A stretch of 63,911 nt of DNA, counting the filler, from Bacteroidales bacterium (GTDB lineage Bacteria > Bacteroidota > Bacteroidia > Bacteroidales > CAIWKO01): NCBI GenBank assembly GCA_035389045.1. It is 3 parts of 3 records of this genome, joined end to end, with 100 filler letters (N's around TTAATTAATTAA, not from the genome) between each part and the next. Parts side by side here need not be neighbours in the genome. Positions count along the whole stretch, not along the records: positions 26,901 to 58,891 come from DAOORA010000055.1; 2 more parts are not named here. The stretch is one strand, 5' to 3'. Below the pieces are notes generated by a model that made no database searches, was not told where the DNA came from, and saw only the letters and a program-made list of their open reading frames with translations. The position numbers were made by a program, and so were the translations under genes. Of the stretch, positions 27,687 to 36,903 are shown one piece after another. Within the stretch, counting starts at the first letter, position 1, and every line of letters starts with the position of its first letter.

Positions 27687-30600
27687 ATGAATTACTTCAA
27701 ATATTTATTCATATTTTTTTTAGCTGTATTGACCTTCACCAAAGTTGTATCTCAAATTTCCACTCAACATCTTCAATTGTGGTTAGCAGCAGATACCGGA
27801 GTTATTATTACAGCGGGTAAAGTTTCGCAATGGAATGATATAAGTGGGAACAATTTTCATGTAACTCAAACAACAGAAAATGCCCGTCCATTGCAAATTG
27901 AAAATTCACTTGGCGGAAAACCCGTTATCAGATTTGATGGTGTTGATGATAATATGATTGTGAATTTCTCTTCGACCTACATTCAACCAAATACGTTCTT
28001 TATTGTCTGGAAGTCTTTAAAGCCAATTACAAGTTCAAGCACAGCGTTTTCTATCAATAGCACTAATTCCAATGGCTTGTATGCCGCTACAAACAATAGA
28101 ACAGTTGTCAATGCCGGAACCAACCTAATTGGTACAAGTAGTTTAATATCCAGCAACTATGTTGTGCACTCTTGGAATATGAACGGAAGCACTTCAAAAA
28201 TTTATGAAAATAATCAATTAAAAATATCTGGAAATTGTGGTTCCAATGGTGTTTCCAGATTGTGGATCGGCGAATTAACCGGATTTGCTTCCTATAGATT
28301 TAAAGGTGATATTGCAGAAATAATTTTTTACGATACTATACTTGCAGACACAAACAGGGTAAAAGTTGAGAATTATTTGATGGATAAATATGCAAATATT
28401 TATTTGGGCGAAGATATATGTGCAAATACAACAGACACAATATTGCGTATAGATGCGTTGTTTACTGATATTTTATGGTCAACAGGTGATACAACAAACA
28501 GTATAACAATAAATCAAAGTGGCAGATACTGGGTGAGAGCAACAGATGTTTTTGGCCGGATACAATCAGACACCATAAATGTTGGGCTTATTGCTTTTGC
28601 AATTGGAGACAAGAATATATGTTTTGGCGATACGGCAATTTTTAGTGTAAATCTTTCCGGAGCATATAATTATCTTTGGTCAACACTGTCAATCAACGAC
28701 TCCATATCTCTCACTCAGGATGGCGAATATTGGCTGAAAGTATCAGACACCATTGGATGTTCGTATACTAAATATTTTAACTTAGCTATTGATAGTTTTC
28801 CGGTAAATGTTTCTCTTGGCAATGACACCGTAATTTGCATCGGAAATAAAATTGGATTAGTGCAAGGAGCTGACCAGGTTGTGTCTTATGAATGGCTTCC
28901 GGGCAGTTACAATGGCCCGGAGTTATATATTTATAGTAGTGGGCAATACCGTGTTAATGTTATGAATGGAAATTCGTGTGAGGGTTCTGATTCAATATAT
29001 ATCAGCATTAAAGGCGTTGCCCCAACACCACACTTTTCAGTACAAAATTTCTGCCTTGGTGACTCAACATTTTTTACCGATTTTTCACAACACCCCGACA
29101 GTATCGCTTTATATAACTGGATTTTTCCTGGAAACGACACCATCAACACACCAAGTCCAGCGTACAAGTTTGGTAATTATGGTACGCAAAACATAAGTCT
29201 GCTATTAGAGTCGCATGGAGGGTGCATAAAAGACACATCTTTTTCCATTGAAATTCTTGAGACTCCTTTGCTTATTTTTACTACTAACCCCGCATGTTCA
29301 AACACAACTATTGAATTTATTCCAGAAATTATTACTCCCACAGGGCAATACTTAACAAATAAGGCATGGTACATTGACAATTCGTTTGTTTCGGATGATG
29401 ATACACTACGACACATATTCAACGACGTAGAAAATTATTTGCTAACATTTGAAGTCACCAGTAATAATTCATGCGTTGTCAGATTTTCTGACACCCTTGT
29501 AATTAAAGGAATAACTCCCTCACCAAACTTCCTGGTTGAAAATTTTTGCCTTGGGGATTCCACGGCCTTTACGAATTTATCCTTACCAATAGATAGTATT
29601 GTATCAAATAAATGGCTTATCTCCGGCCAGGACACATTATCTGTTCAAAATCCCCAATATTTATTTGACAGTTTTGGTTTAAAAAATATAAAATTAATAG
29701 TGGAAACCTATAGCGGTTGTATTAAAGACACTTCTTTTACCATTGAAATTTATGACATACCATCAGTTGAAATTACAAATACGCTGCCTGTTTGTACAAA
29801 TATTTTATCAGAATATATTGCTGATATTAATATTCCTCAAGGTCAAAACATAATGCAACAATCGTGGTTTATCAATAACATTTTTTATTCAGATTCAGAC
29901 ACCATAAATTATCTTTTTAATATATCAGGCGACTATGAAATAAAACTGGAGGTCGTCAGTGACAAGAATTGTATCGCTTTTACCCAAGACACCATTACTG
30001 TAATGGATAATTACCCATCTCCTTCGCAATTTTCATTGGAATACCCTTTTAATAATGATGTTTTGATTAATAGTATTGTTAATTTTCAATGGTCATTATC
30101 ACAAAATGCTTATTATTATGAAATTATACTTTCCAATAATACTGATTTTAGCGATACTATTTTTACCAAAAACAAAATATTCAGTAATAACATAGATATT
30201 TCTTTACCAAACGATATCAGTTCTGCATTCTGGAAAGTTAATGCTTATAATCCTTGTGTAATATTTAATAGTTCAGACATTAACTATTTTAGCATTTTTC
30301 AGCCTTCTGATTTGTCAAATTTACATGTTTGGTATTGTGCAGATACTGGTATTGTTGAAACAAACGGCAAAATATCAAAATGGAGTGACCGGAGTGGAAA
30401 TAGTATAGATGCTTTGCAAAACACAATAGCTAACAGCCCCGTATTTCTTGAAAACGAATTAAACAATCTGCCTGTAGTTTATTTTAATGGGAATCAATAT
30501 TTGACAGCTTTCTTTAATGATACTATAATTCGTCCCAACACTTTTTTTGTTGTCTGGAAACCTGATGTTATTCAAACAACCAATATAGTTTTTGACGGAG

Positions 30601-33395
30601 TCGAATCTTCCTTTAGAAATTGGTATGGTTATAATACTTCTAATACTTATTTAAATAATACTGTAACTAACAGCATTGTACCATTACAATATAACATTGC
30701 AACTTGCATATACAATGGTGCCAACTCCAGTTATTATGAAAATAGTATTTTAATAAGGCAAGGATTCAGTACCGGTACATCACAATTAAGTGGATTAACA
30801 ATAGGGGCAAGACAGGGCGGAACACTACGGATGGTTGGTAAAATTGCTGAGTTAATAATGTACGATTCTTTGCTATCCGCATCAGACAGAATTAAAGTTG
30901 AGGATTATCTCAGAAGAAAATACGCACCTCCTGTATATCTTGGAAGAGACATTGAAGTACTTTACGGTTTTTGTGATGTGTTATTAGATGCCGGATCCCG
31001 ATTTACAAACTATTTATGGAATACCGGAGACACCACACAAACACTGAATGTCACTCAAAGCGGAAACTACTCTGTTACAGTTACTGATATATTTGGTTAC
31101 CAAAGCAGTGATACTCTCATGGTTGACATACCTGCCATCGCAAATCAAAACACTCAATACTGTCTAGGTGACACGCTCAACTTTTCAGTCAATCTTGGCA
31201 ATGACTATACGTATTTATGGCTGCCTGACAGTATTACTACAGCTGATTTTTCCGTCACCCAACCAGGCACTTATTCATTGACCGTATATGATACTATTGG
31301 ATGCCAACGTACCCAAATTTATAACGTTGTGGCTGATTCCTTCCCTGTCCTGGCCGGTTTAGGTCCCGACCGAAGCATCTGCCAGGGCGATCATATCGGC
31401 CTGGTGAACGGGGCACAACAGGCTATCAGTTATCTGTGGTCGGACAACTCCGGCAACAGCTTCCTGCCCATTAACTCTCCTCCGGGAACCACGCCTGTAT
31501 ACGCCGTTACAGTAACCAATATCAACGGCTGTATTGCCCGCGACACCATTGTCCTGACGGTAAACGGCGTGATGCCGGTGGTGTCTTTTACCTATGATTC
31601 CGCATGTTTTGGAAACGAAACCCATTTTACGGATCTTTCATCAGTGCCGCCACCTTTCTCCATTGCAACAAGACTCTGGGACTTTGGAGATTCTGCATCA
31701 TCCATGATACAAAATCCTGCCCACGTTTATCCGGACGACGGCATTTTCAATGTACAACTTACCGTCGTGACCGACTCCGGCTGTACTAAAACCATTCAAA
31801 AAGATGTGACAGTCTTTTCAGTGCCGGACGTTAGTTTTCTGCCCTTTATGGGTTGCAGCGGGGTTACCGTATCCTTTGAGGATAACACCTTATGTCCATA
31901 CGGAAACCTGACGGAATGGCACTGGGATTTTGGCGACACCTATGGTTCGGGAAATGACACTTCGGGAATTCAAAACCCGGTTTATACCTATGACTCTTCC
32001 GGATCCTACACGGTAAAGCTTTTTACGGTGTCTGATGCCGGCTGCAGCGATTCGGCAGCACAAAGCATTACCATAAGACAATCAGCTGCGGTTAATTTCC
32101 AGTATACTACTGCCTGTGCCGGTCATCTGGTGTATTTTACCGACCAGACCGTCCTGCCTCCCTGGGAAACCATCACTGAGTTTGAATGGCAGTTTGGCGA
32201 CGGGACATCTTCTTCTATTTCCAATCCTTCGCACCCATACGACACCGAGGGAATATATAATGTGACACTGACCATTAAAACCCTGAACGGGTGCAAAGTT
32301 ACGCTTACCAAACCGGTGATCATAGGAGCGATACCCGAAGCATCGTTCGGATATACCGGAAGTTGCATATATACGACTGCACAGTTTGCGGATAGCAGCA
32401 CCAGCACACTGGGAAACATTGACCACTGGAGTTGGAATTTCGGCGGCATAGGAGCCTCCACAGACCAGCACCCTGCTTTTGTATTTCCGGACACCGGAAT
32501 TTATAATGTCACTTTGAAAATCAACACGGAATATGGGTGTTCAGACAGCGCTGTCGTTCCTGTCCGGGTATATCCTGCTCCCGTTGCCGGGTTTTCGCTG
32601 ACACCTGAATATGGTATCCCTCCCCTGCCGGTCAGTTTTACCAACCTGAGCACCGGCGCAAACACTTATCTGTGGAACTTTGGTGACGGAGATACGGATT
32701 TTTCAACGGATCCGGTACATACGTATCTGTCTCAGGGCATTTTTGATGTCCTTCTGACAGCATACAATATTACAGGTTGTTACGACACGGTTTCTCACAA
32801 GGTTTATGTGTTGCCGACCACTGTAGATATCGAGGTGTTAAACACTTCCTGCGTAATAGACGGAAATATCCTTCGCCTATCTGCTGATCTGCTGAATTCC
32901 GGAAGCCGGAAAATAGAGCACATCGATGTGTCCATGCAGCTGGAGAACGGAAATATCATGCACGAACACTGGTATGGAGCCTTAATGCAGGGACAGATTA
33001 TACACTATATTTTTAACGCACAGCCTGAAGTCCCGGCCGGACAAAATGTGGATTATGTTTGCGTCACGGCTTCACTTGCCCCTGAACTGGAAGAGGACGA
33101 CCTCTCTGATAATAAAAACTGTGCAGTATTAAATGGTAATTTTACCTTTTCTGATCCTTATCCCAATCCCGTAATCAATAATCTGGTTTTGGAGTATGTG
33201 CTGCCTTTTACCGATGTTGTAGCTATTGAGTTATTCACTGAAATGGGTGAAAAAGTAAAGGAATTGTATCGTGGCGAGCAGCCGGAAGGTTATAATGCAC
33301 ATACATTCGATTTGTCTGCCCTCAATGCCGGTGTTTATATCGTCAAAATCACTTTTCACGATAATGTTTTGAGAAAGAAGTTTGTAAAAATGTAA
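27687..33395 (+). CDS. large T9SS-secreted surface protein with two LamG/ConA-like domains, many PKD/Ig repeats and a CTD
   Basis: 1902 aa; two LxxWxxADTG..W.D.SGN..GxIAExIxYD modules; repeated WDFGD..NP.H.Y PKD motifs; C-terminal YPNPV..GVYIVKI..KKFVKM. Confidence 0.9.
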   Translation: MNYFKYLFIFFLAVLTFTKVVSQISTQHLQLWLAADTGVIITAGKVSQWNDISGNNFHVTQTTENARPLQIENSLGGKPVIRFDGVDDNMIVNFSSTYIQPNTFFIVWKSLKPITSSSTAFSINSTNSNGLYAATNNRTVVNAGTNLIGTSSLISSNYVVHSWNMNGSTSKIYENNQLKISGNCGSNGVSRLWIGELTGFASYRFKGDIAEIIFYDTILADTNRVKVENYLMDKYANIYLGEDICANTTDTILRIDALFTDILWSTGDTTNSITINQSGRYWVRATDVFGRIQSDTINVGLIAFAIGDKNICFGDTAIFSVNLSGAYNYLWSTLSINDSISLTQDGEYWLKVSDTIGCSYTKYFNLAIDSFPVNVSLGNDTVICIGNKIGLVQGADQVVSYEWLPGSYNGPELYIYSSGQYRVNVMNGNSCEGSDSIYISIKGVAPTPHFSVQNFCLGDSTFFTDFSQHPDSIALYNWIFPGNDTINTPSPAYKFGNYGTQNISLLLESHGGCIKDTSFSIEILETPLLIFTTNPACSNTTIEFIPEIITPTGQYLTNKAWYIDNSFVSDDDTLRHIFNDVENYLLTFEVTSNNSCVVRFSDTLVIKGITPSPNFLVENFCLGDSTAFTNLSLPIDSIVSNKWLISGQDTLSVQNPQYLFDSFGLKNIKLIVETYSGCIKDTSFTIEIYDIPSVEITNTLPVCTNILSEYIADINIPQGQNIMQQSWFINNIFYSDSDTINYLFNISGDYEIKLEVVSDKNCIAFTQDTITVMDNYPSPSQFSLEYPFNNDVLINSIVNFQWSLSQNAYYYEIILSNNTDFSDTIFTKNKIFSNNIDISLPNDISSAFWKVNAYNPCVIFNSSDINYFSIFQPSDLSNLHVWYCADTGIVETNGKISKWSDRSGNSIDALQNTIANSPVFLENELNNLPVVYFNGNQYLTAFFNDTIIRPNTFFVVWKPDVIQTTNIVFDGVESSFRNWYGYNTSNTYLNNTVTNSIVPLQYNIATCIYNGANSSYYENSILIRQGFSTGTSQLSGLTIGARQGGTLRMVGKIAELIMYDSLLSASDRIKVEDYLRRKYAPPVYLGRDIEVLYGFCDVLLDAGSRFTNYLWNTGDTTQTLNVTQSGNYSVTVTDIFGYQSSDTLMVDIPAIANQNTQYCLGDTLNFSVNLGNDYTYLWLPDSITTADFSVTQPGTYSLTVYDTIGCQRTQIYNVVADSFPVLAGLGPDRSICQGDHIGLVNGAQQAISYLWSDNSGNSFLPINSPPGTTPVYAVTVTNINGCIARDTIVLTVNGVMPVVSFTYDSACFGNETHFTDLSSVPPPFSIATRLWDFGDSASSMIQNPAHVYPDDGIFNVQLTVVTDSGCTKTIQKDVTVFSVPDVSFLPFMGCSGVTVSFEDNTLCPYGNLTEWHWDFGDTYGSGNDTSGIQNPVYTYDSSGSYTVKLFTVSDAGCSDSAAQSITIRQSAAVNFQYTTACAGHLVYFTDQTVLPPWETITEFEWQFGDGTSSSISNPSHPYDTEGIYNVTLTIKTLNGCKVTLTKPVIIGAIPEASFGYTGSCIYTTAQFADSSTSTLGNIDHWSWNFGGIGASTDQHPAFVFPDTGIYNVTLKINTEYGCSDSAVVPVRVYPAPVAGFSLTPEYGIPPLPVSFTNLSTGANTYLWNFGDGDTDFSTDPVHTYLSQGIFDVLLTAYNITGCYDTVSHKVYVLPTTVDIEVLNTSCVIDGNILRLSADLLNSGSRKIEHIDVSMQLENGNIMHEHWYGALMQGQIIHYIFNAQPEVPAGQNVDYVCVTASLAPELEEDDLSDNKNCAVLNGNFTFSDPYPNPVINNLVLEYVLPFTDVVAIELFTEMGEKVKELYRGEQPEGYNAHTFDLSALNAGVYIVKITFHDNVLRKKFVKM

Positions 33396-33461
33396 GAAAA
33401 GGTTTTTACCTGATTAACTCATAAACTTTGATAATCCTGGTGCACCCTTTGTGGTTATAAA

Positions 33462-33900
33462 TTTTAGTAACTATTCACCCCATTGAAGTACTTGAAAAAA
33501 AAGAGATTCCTCATTTCGCTTCGCTACATTGGAATGACACTCACAGCCTGTCATTCCGAGCCGTAGCCCTCCGGGACTCAGTTAAAGAAAGAACTGCGAG
33601 GAATCTTTTTATTATTTGCAGAAAGTTTTATATATTGTTTTTAGTAACTATATACCCCATTGAAGCACCTGAAAACAAAGAGATTCCTCATTTCGTACCG
33701 ATAGTTCCGATAGTACCCATAGATATCGGAATCGGTACTTCATTTGGAATGACAGTATGGTTTGTTTTTTGGGAGGAGGAAAGCAGCGGGGCGCTTTGCG
33801 CCCCGCTGCTTTCCTCCTCCCATACCCACCAAAATTGAAATGTCATTCCGAACCTGCGTGCCGCAACGATAGTGAAGGCAGGCAGGTGAGGAATCTTTTT
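33462..33900. repeat. two tandem units of inverted REP-like doublets (AGATTCCTC..GGAATGACA / TGTCATTCC..GAGGAATCT) with nested palindromes
   Basis: Unit 1 about 33462-33610, unit 2 about 33639-33900; both start TTTTAGTAACTAT..ACCCCATTGAAG.AC.TGAAAA.AAAGAGATTCCTCATTTCG and end GAGGAATCTTTTT; perfect 24-bp hairpin at 33771-33821. Confidence 0.85.
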
Positions 33901-33917
33901 TCTTTACATATTCGTTT

Positions 33918-34235
33918 TTAGTGTTTTTGTATACCCCAATCAATTTTTCCTTCACTGTACAAGTTATTCCACTTTGGATTTAATGTATTAATTAGTGCAA
34001 GTTTTTTCATTCTCGAGTAGCCCTTAATCTGTTTCTCTCTTTTTATTGCTAAATCAATAAAATCAAATATTTCAAAATATAATAACTTATCGACATTATA
34101 TTTGGAAGTAAATCCTTTAAAAATTTTCTTTTCGCGCTCAAAAACTCTTCTAACCAAATCATTAGTAACTCCGGTGTAAAGAACTGTATGATTAGTGTTC
34201 GTTAGAATATAGACGTAATAACAATAAATTTTCAT
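33918..34235 (-). CDS. stand-alone GIY-YIG nuclease family protein
   Basis: YYVYIL..LYTGVTNDLVRR, GFTSKYNVDKLLYFE, AIKREKQIKG, NPKW. Confidence 0.9.
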   Translation of the reverse strand: MKIYCYYVYILTNTNHTVLYTGVTNDLVRRVFEREKKIFKGFTSKYNVDKLLYFEIFDFIDLAIKREKQIKGYSRMKKLALINTLNPKWNNLYSEGKIDWGIQKH

Positions 34236-34360
34236 AAAAAGGATTTACTCAAATTTCAGGACTCCTGATTTGGTGATTGAATGTAAGGATCATCCAGCAA
34301 AAACTTGTGGTGTATCAAAATCCACACTATACCATAGGTTTGTTATGACAACACAAGGAT

Positions 34361-34397
34361 AAAAAAAAGTCCCGGATTTCTCCGGGACTTTTTTTTT
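34361..34397. terminator. intrinsic (bidirectional-type) terminator downstream of hup
   Basis: A8-GTCCCGGA-tttc-TCCGGGAC-T9. Confidence 0.85.
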
Positions 34398-34410
34398 GTT
34401 TTCTTAGTTG

Positions 34411-34677
34411 TTATTTTGTAACAAGGCCTGCGCCCGGTCTGAATTTAACAACCTTTTTAGCGGCGATCTTGATTTTAGCACCGGTCTGAGGGTTACGGCC
34501 TGTCCTGGCGCTTCTTTTTGCGACATAGAACGATCCGAAACCAACTAAACCAACCCTGTCACCTTTTTTCATTGCAACGCCAATTGATTTTGTCAAAGCT
34601 TCCAAAGCTTTTTTTGAAGCGGCTTTGCTTAATTTGCTTTCTTTAGCAATTGCATCAATTAATTCTTGTTTGTTCAT
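34411..34677 (-). CDS. hup: DNA-binding protein HU
   Basis: MNKQELIDAIA, LVGFGSF, RSARTGRNPQTG, VKFRPG. Confidence 0.96.
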   Translation of the reverse strand: MNKQELIDAIAKESKLSKAASKKALEALTKSIGVAMKKGDRVGLVGFGSFYVAKRSARTGRNPQTGAKIKIAAKKVVKFRPGAGLVTK

Positions 34678-35043
34678 GTTGTCAATTTTTAATTTAACGT
34701 TAAATAATTAATTATTTGATGTAAAAATAAATTATAAAAACAAATGATTTACAATATTTTTTTTGATTTTATCATCATACTATTGTTAATAACTTGTGTT
34801 TCGCATTATTTATTTATATATCGCAGAGCCGGACACAGCAAGGAATTGAAGATGGAGTTCGTATCGGAGCATGGGTAAAAGTGGCGGTACGGCTGCTCCG
34901 CAGGAGCTTCTGCGGATCGCAAAAGGCATACGCTGCAGGCGGTCGTTGAGTTAGTATCGGGGTGACTGCGCGTATGGCTTAACACTTGCCAATCACCCCG
35001 ACACTTTCCACACAACATATCAGGGCATTTCGTGTTTTTGTTG

Positions 35044-35051
35044 TAATTTTG
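35044..35051 (+). promoter_or_regulatory. Bacteroidota -7 promoter box (TAATTTTG) for queD-folE
   Basis: TAnnTTTG 13 nt before ATG 35065. Confidence 0.55.
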
Positions 35052-35064
35052 CAAAAAACAAAAA

Positions 35065-35478
35065 ATGGTTTTTCTTACGCGCCGTGAACGGTTTAATGCA
35101 GCCCACAGGCTGTTTCGCACCGATTTTTCAAACGAAAAAAACCTGGTAGTTTTTGGCAAATGTTCTAATCCCAACTGGCACGGACACAATTATGAGCTTT
35201 TTATTACAGTCTGCGGGCCTGTAAATCCTGAAACAGGGTTTGTCATCAATATAAAAATCCTGAGTGAAATCATCAATGAACAAGTCATCGAAAAAATGGA
35301 TCATAAGAACATCAATCTGGAAGTAGATTTTATGAATGGCCGGCAGCCATCCACCGAAAATATTGCCATTGCTATTTGGGAACAGCTTGCGGCGCAGATT
35401 GCAAAACATAATGCCAAACTTCATTGTGTGAAAGTATGCGAAACAGAAAACAATTTTGTTGAATATTATGGCGAATAA
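35065..35478 (+). CDS. queD: 6-carboxytetrahydropterin / 6-pyruvoyl-tetrahydropterin synthase
   Basis: FNAAHRL, CSNPNWHGHNY, STENIA, ETENN; directly upstream of folE. Confidence 0.9.
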   Translation: MVFLTRRERFNAAHRLFRTDFSNEKNLVVFGKCSNPNWHGHNYELFITVCGPVNPETGFVINIKILSEIINEQVIEKMDHKNINLEVDFMNGRQPSTENIAIAIWEQLAAQIAKHNAKLHCVKVCETENNFVEYYGE

Positions 35479-35493
35479 CAAAATGATATCTTT

Positions 35494-36135
35494 ATGAAAG
35501 CAATAGACAAAGAGATGCTCAATGAAAATGAAATGGATGACGTACCGGGGATTGTAGTAAAGGAAAAGCCCGAAAACACCGTGGAATTATGTTCTCATTA
35601 CCGGGATATTCTCAAACTGATAGGTGAAGACCCCGACAGGGAAGGTTTACTTAAAACCCCCGAACGTGTAGCCAAAGCCATGCAGTACCTTCTGCACGGA
35701 TACGATCTTAATCCAGGGGAAATCCTCCGGTCTGCCATGTTTAAAGAAGATTATAAGCAGATGGTCATTGTGAAAGATATTGAAATCTATTCCCTATGCG
35801 AACATCACATGCTGCCTTTTGTGGGGAAAGCCCATGTTGCATACATACCCAATGGATATATTGTCGGGTTAAGTAAGATACCCCGTGTGGTAGATGCGTT
35901 TGCCCGCCGTCTTCAGGTACAGGAACGCCTCACCTCGCAGATCAAGGAGTGCATACAGGAAACCCTGAAACCTTTGGGAGTGGCGGTGGTTATTGAAGCC
36001 AACCACCTTTGCATGATGATGCGAGGCATACAGAAACAGAACTCTGTTACGACCACCTCCGATTTTACGGGGGCTTTCCTTATCGAAAAGACACGTGCGG
36101 AGTTTTTGACACTGATCAGTTCTAAGCTACATTGA
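35494..36135 (+). CDS. folE: GTP cyclohydrolase I
   Basis: [48 protein letters not shown]. Confidence 0.97.
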   Translation: MKAIDKEMLNENEMDDVPGIVVKEKPENTVELCSHYRDILKLIGEDPDREGLLKTPERVAKAMQYLLHGYDLNPGEILRSAMFKEDYKQMVIVKDIEIYSLCEHHMLPFVGKAHVAYIPNGYIVGLSKIPRVVDAFARRLQVQERLTSQIKECIQETLKPLGVAVVIEANHLCMMMRGIQKQNSVTTTSDFTGAFLIEKTRAEFLTLISSKLH

Positions 36136-36166
36136 TTTTTATTAATTTTGCAAAAAAAATTTTGAA

Positions 36167-36892
36167 ATGTACAACGAAGAAAATGTAACCATAGGATACC
36201 GGGATACTGCAGAAATAACTGCCAATACCCGTGTATTTATGTCGAGAGTTTTTTCATGGATGTTCCTTGCCCTGACCATTACCGCCGTCACATCTTTCAT
36301 CTGGGCAGCCTCCCCGTCTTTAATGGGTTATTTAGTAAAACCCGAAGGGGGTTTGTCTGTGTTGGGTTGGATCGTTATGCTGGCGCCGCTGGGGTTTGTC
36401 CTGTTGATGTCTTTCGGATATCAGAAGCTGTCGGCACCGGTGATGGCCATACTGTTTGTTGTTTATTCCGTTCTGATGGGCATGAGTTTCAGCTTTATCT
36501 TTTTAGCTTACAGCCTTGGAACCATTGGAATTACGTTTGCAATAACGGCCGGAATGTTTGGTGTAATGGCTGTAGCAGGCTATGTGACCAAAACAGATCT
36601 TACGCGCTTCGGCTCTCTGTTAATGATGGGAGTCATTGGAATTGTGATTGCCATGATTGTAAATTTCTTTCTGAAAAGCGATACGATGGGGTATATCATC
36701 AGCATCATCGGTGTTCTGGTTTTTACCGGGTTGACGGCCTATGATGTTCAGAAACTGAAAAGAATAGGAAGCGGCGCGGTAAGCGGAGCGGAAGCATTTA
36801 GGAAAATGGCTATCATGGGTGCGCTTACCTTATATCTTGATTTTATTAATCTTTTTTTATTTCTTCTCCGCCTGATGGGTGGCAGAAAATAG
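36167..36892 (+). CDS. Bax inhibitor-1/YccA family membrane protein
   Basis: About 7 TM helices; FTGLTAYDVQKLK, GALTLYLDFINLF. Confidence 0.92.
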   Translation: MYNEENVTIGYRDTAEITANTRVFMSRVFSWMFLALTITAVTSFIWAASPSLMGYLVKPEGGLSVLGWIVMLAPLGFVLLMSFGYQKLSAPVMAILFVVYSVLMGMSFSFIFLAYSLGTIGITFAITAGMFGVMAVAGYVTKTDLTRFGSLLMMGVIGIVIAMIVNFFLKSDTMGYIISIIGVLVFTGLTAYDVQKLKRIGSGAVSGAEAFRKMAIMGALTLYLDFINLFLFLLRLMGGRK

Positions 36893-36903
36893 CCTGAAAA
36901 ATT

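Noticed and set aside
33462..33900. Possible CRISPR array
   Set aside because: Only two long units with internal inverted architecture, no constant repeat-spacer period, and no cas genes.
33635..33955. Short ORFs 33635-33838 (+) and 33740-33955 (-)
   Set aside because: Translations of the palindromic repeat (VPIVPIVPI comes from the 9-nt repeats); no coding evidence.
34820..35064. preQ1 riboswitch or SRP RNA upstream of queD
   Set aside because: No preQ1 consensus seen; the queD -7 box lies downstream of the structure; the minus-strand GGAGCAGCC lacks the SRP TCAGG..GGAA partner.
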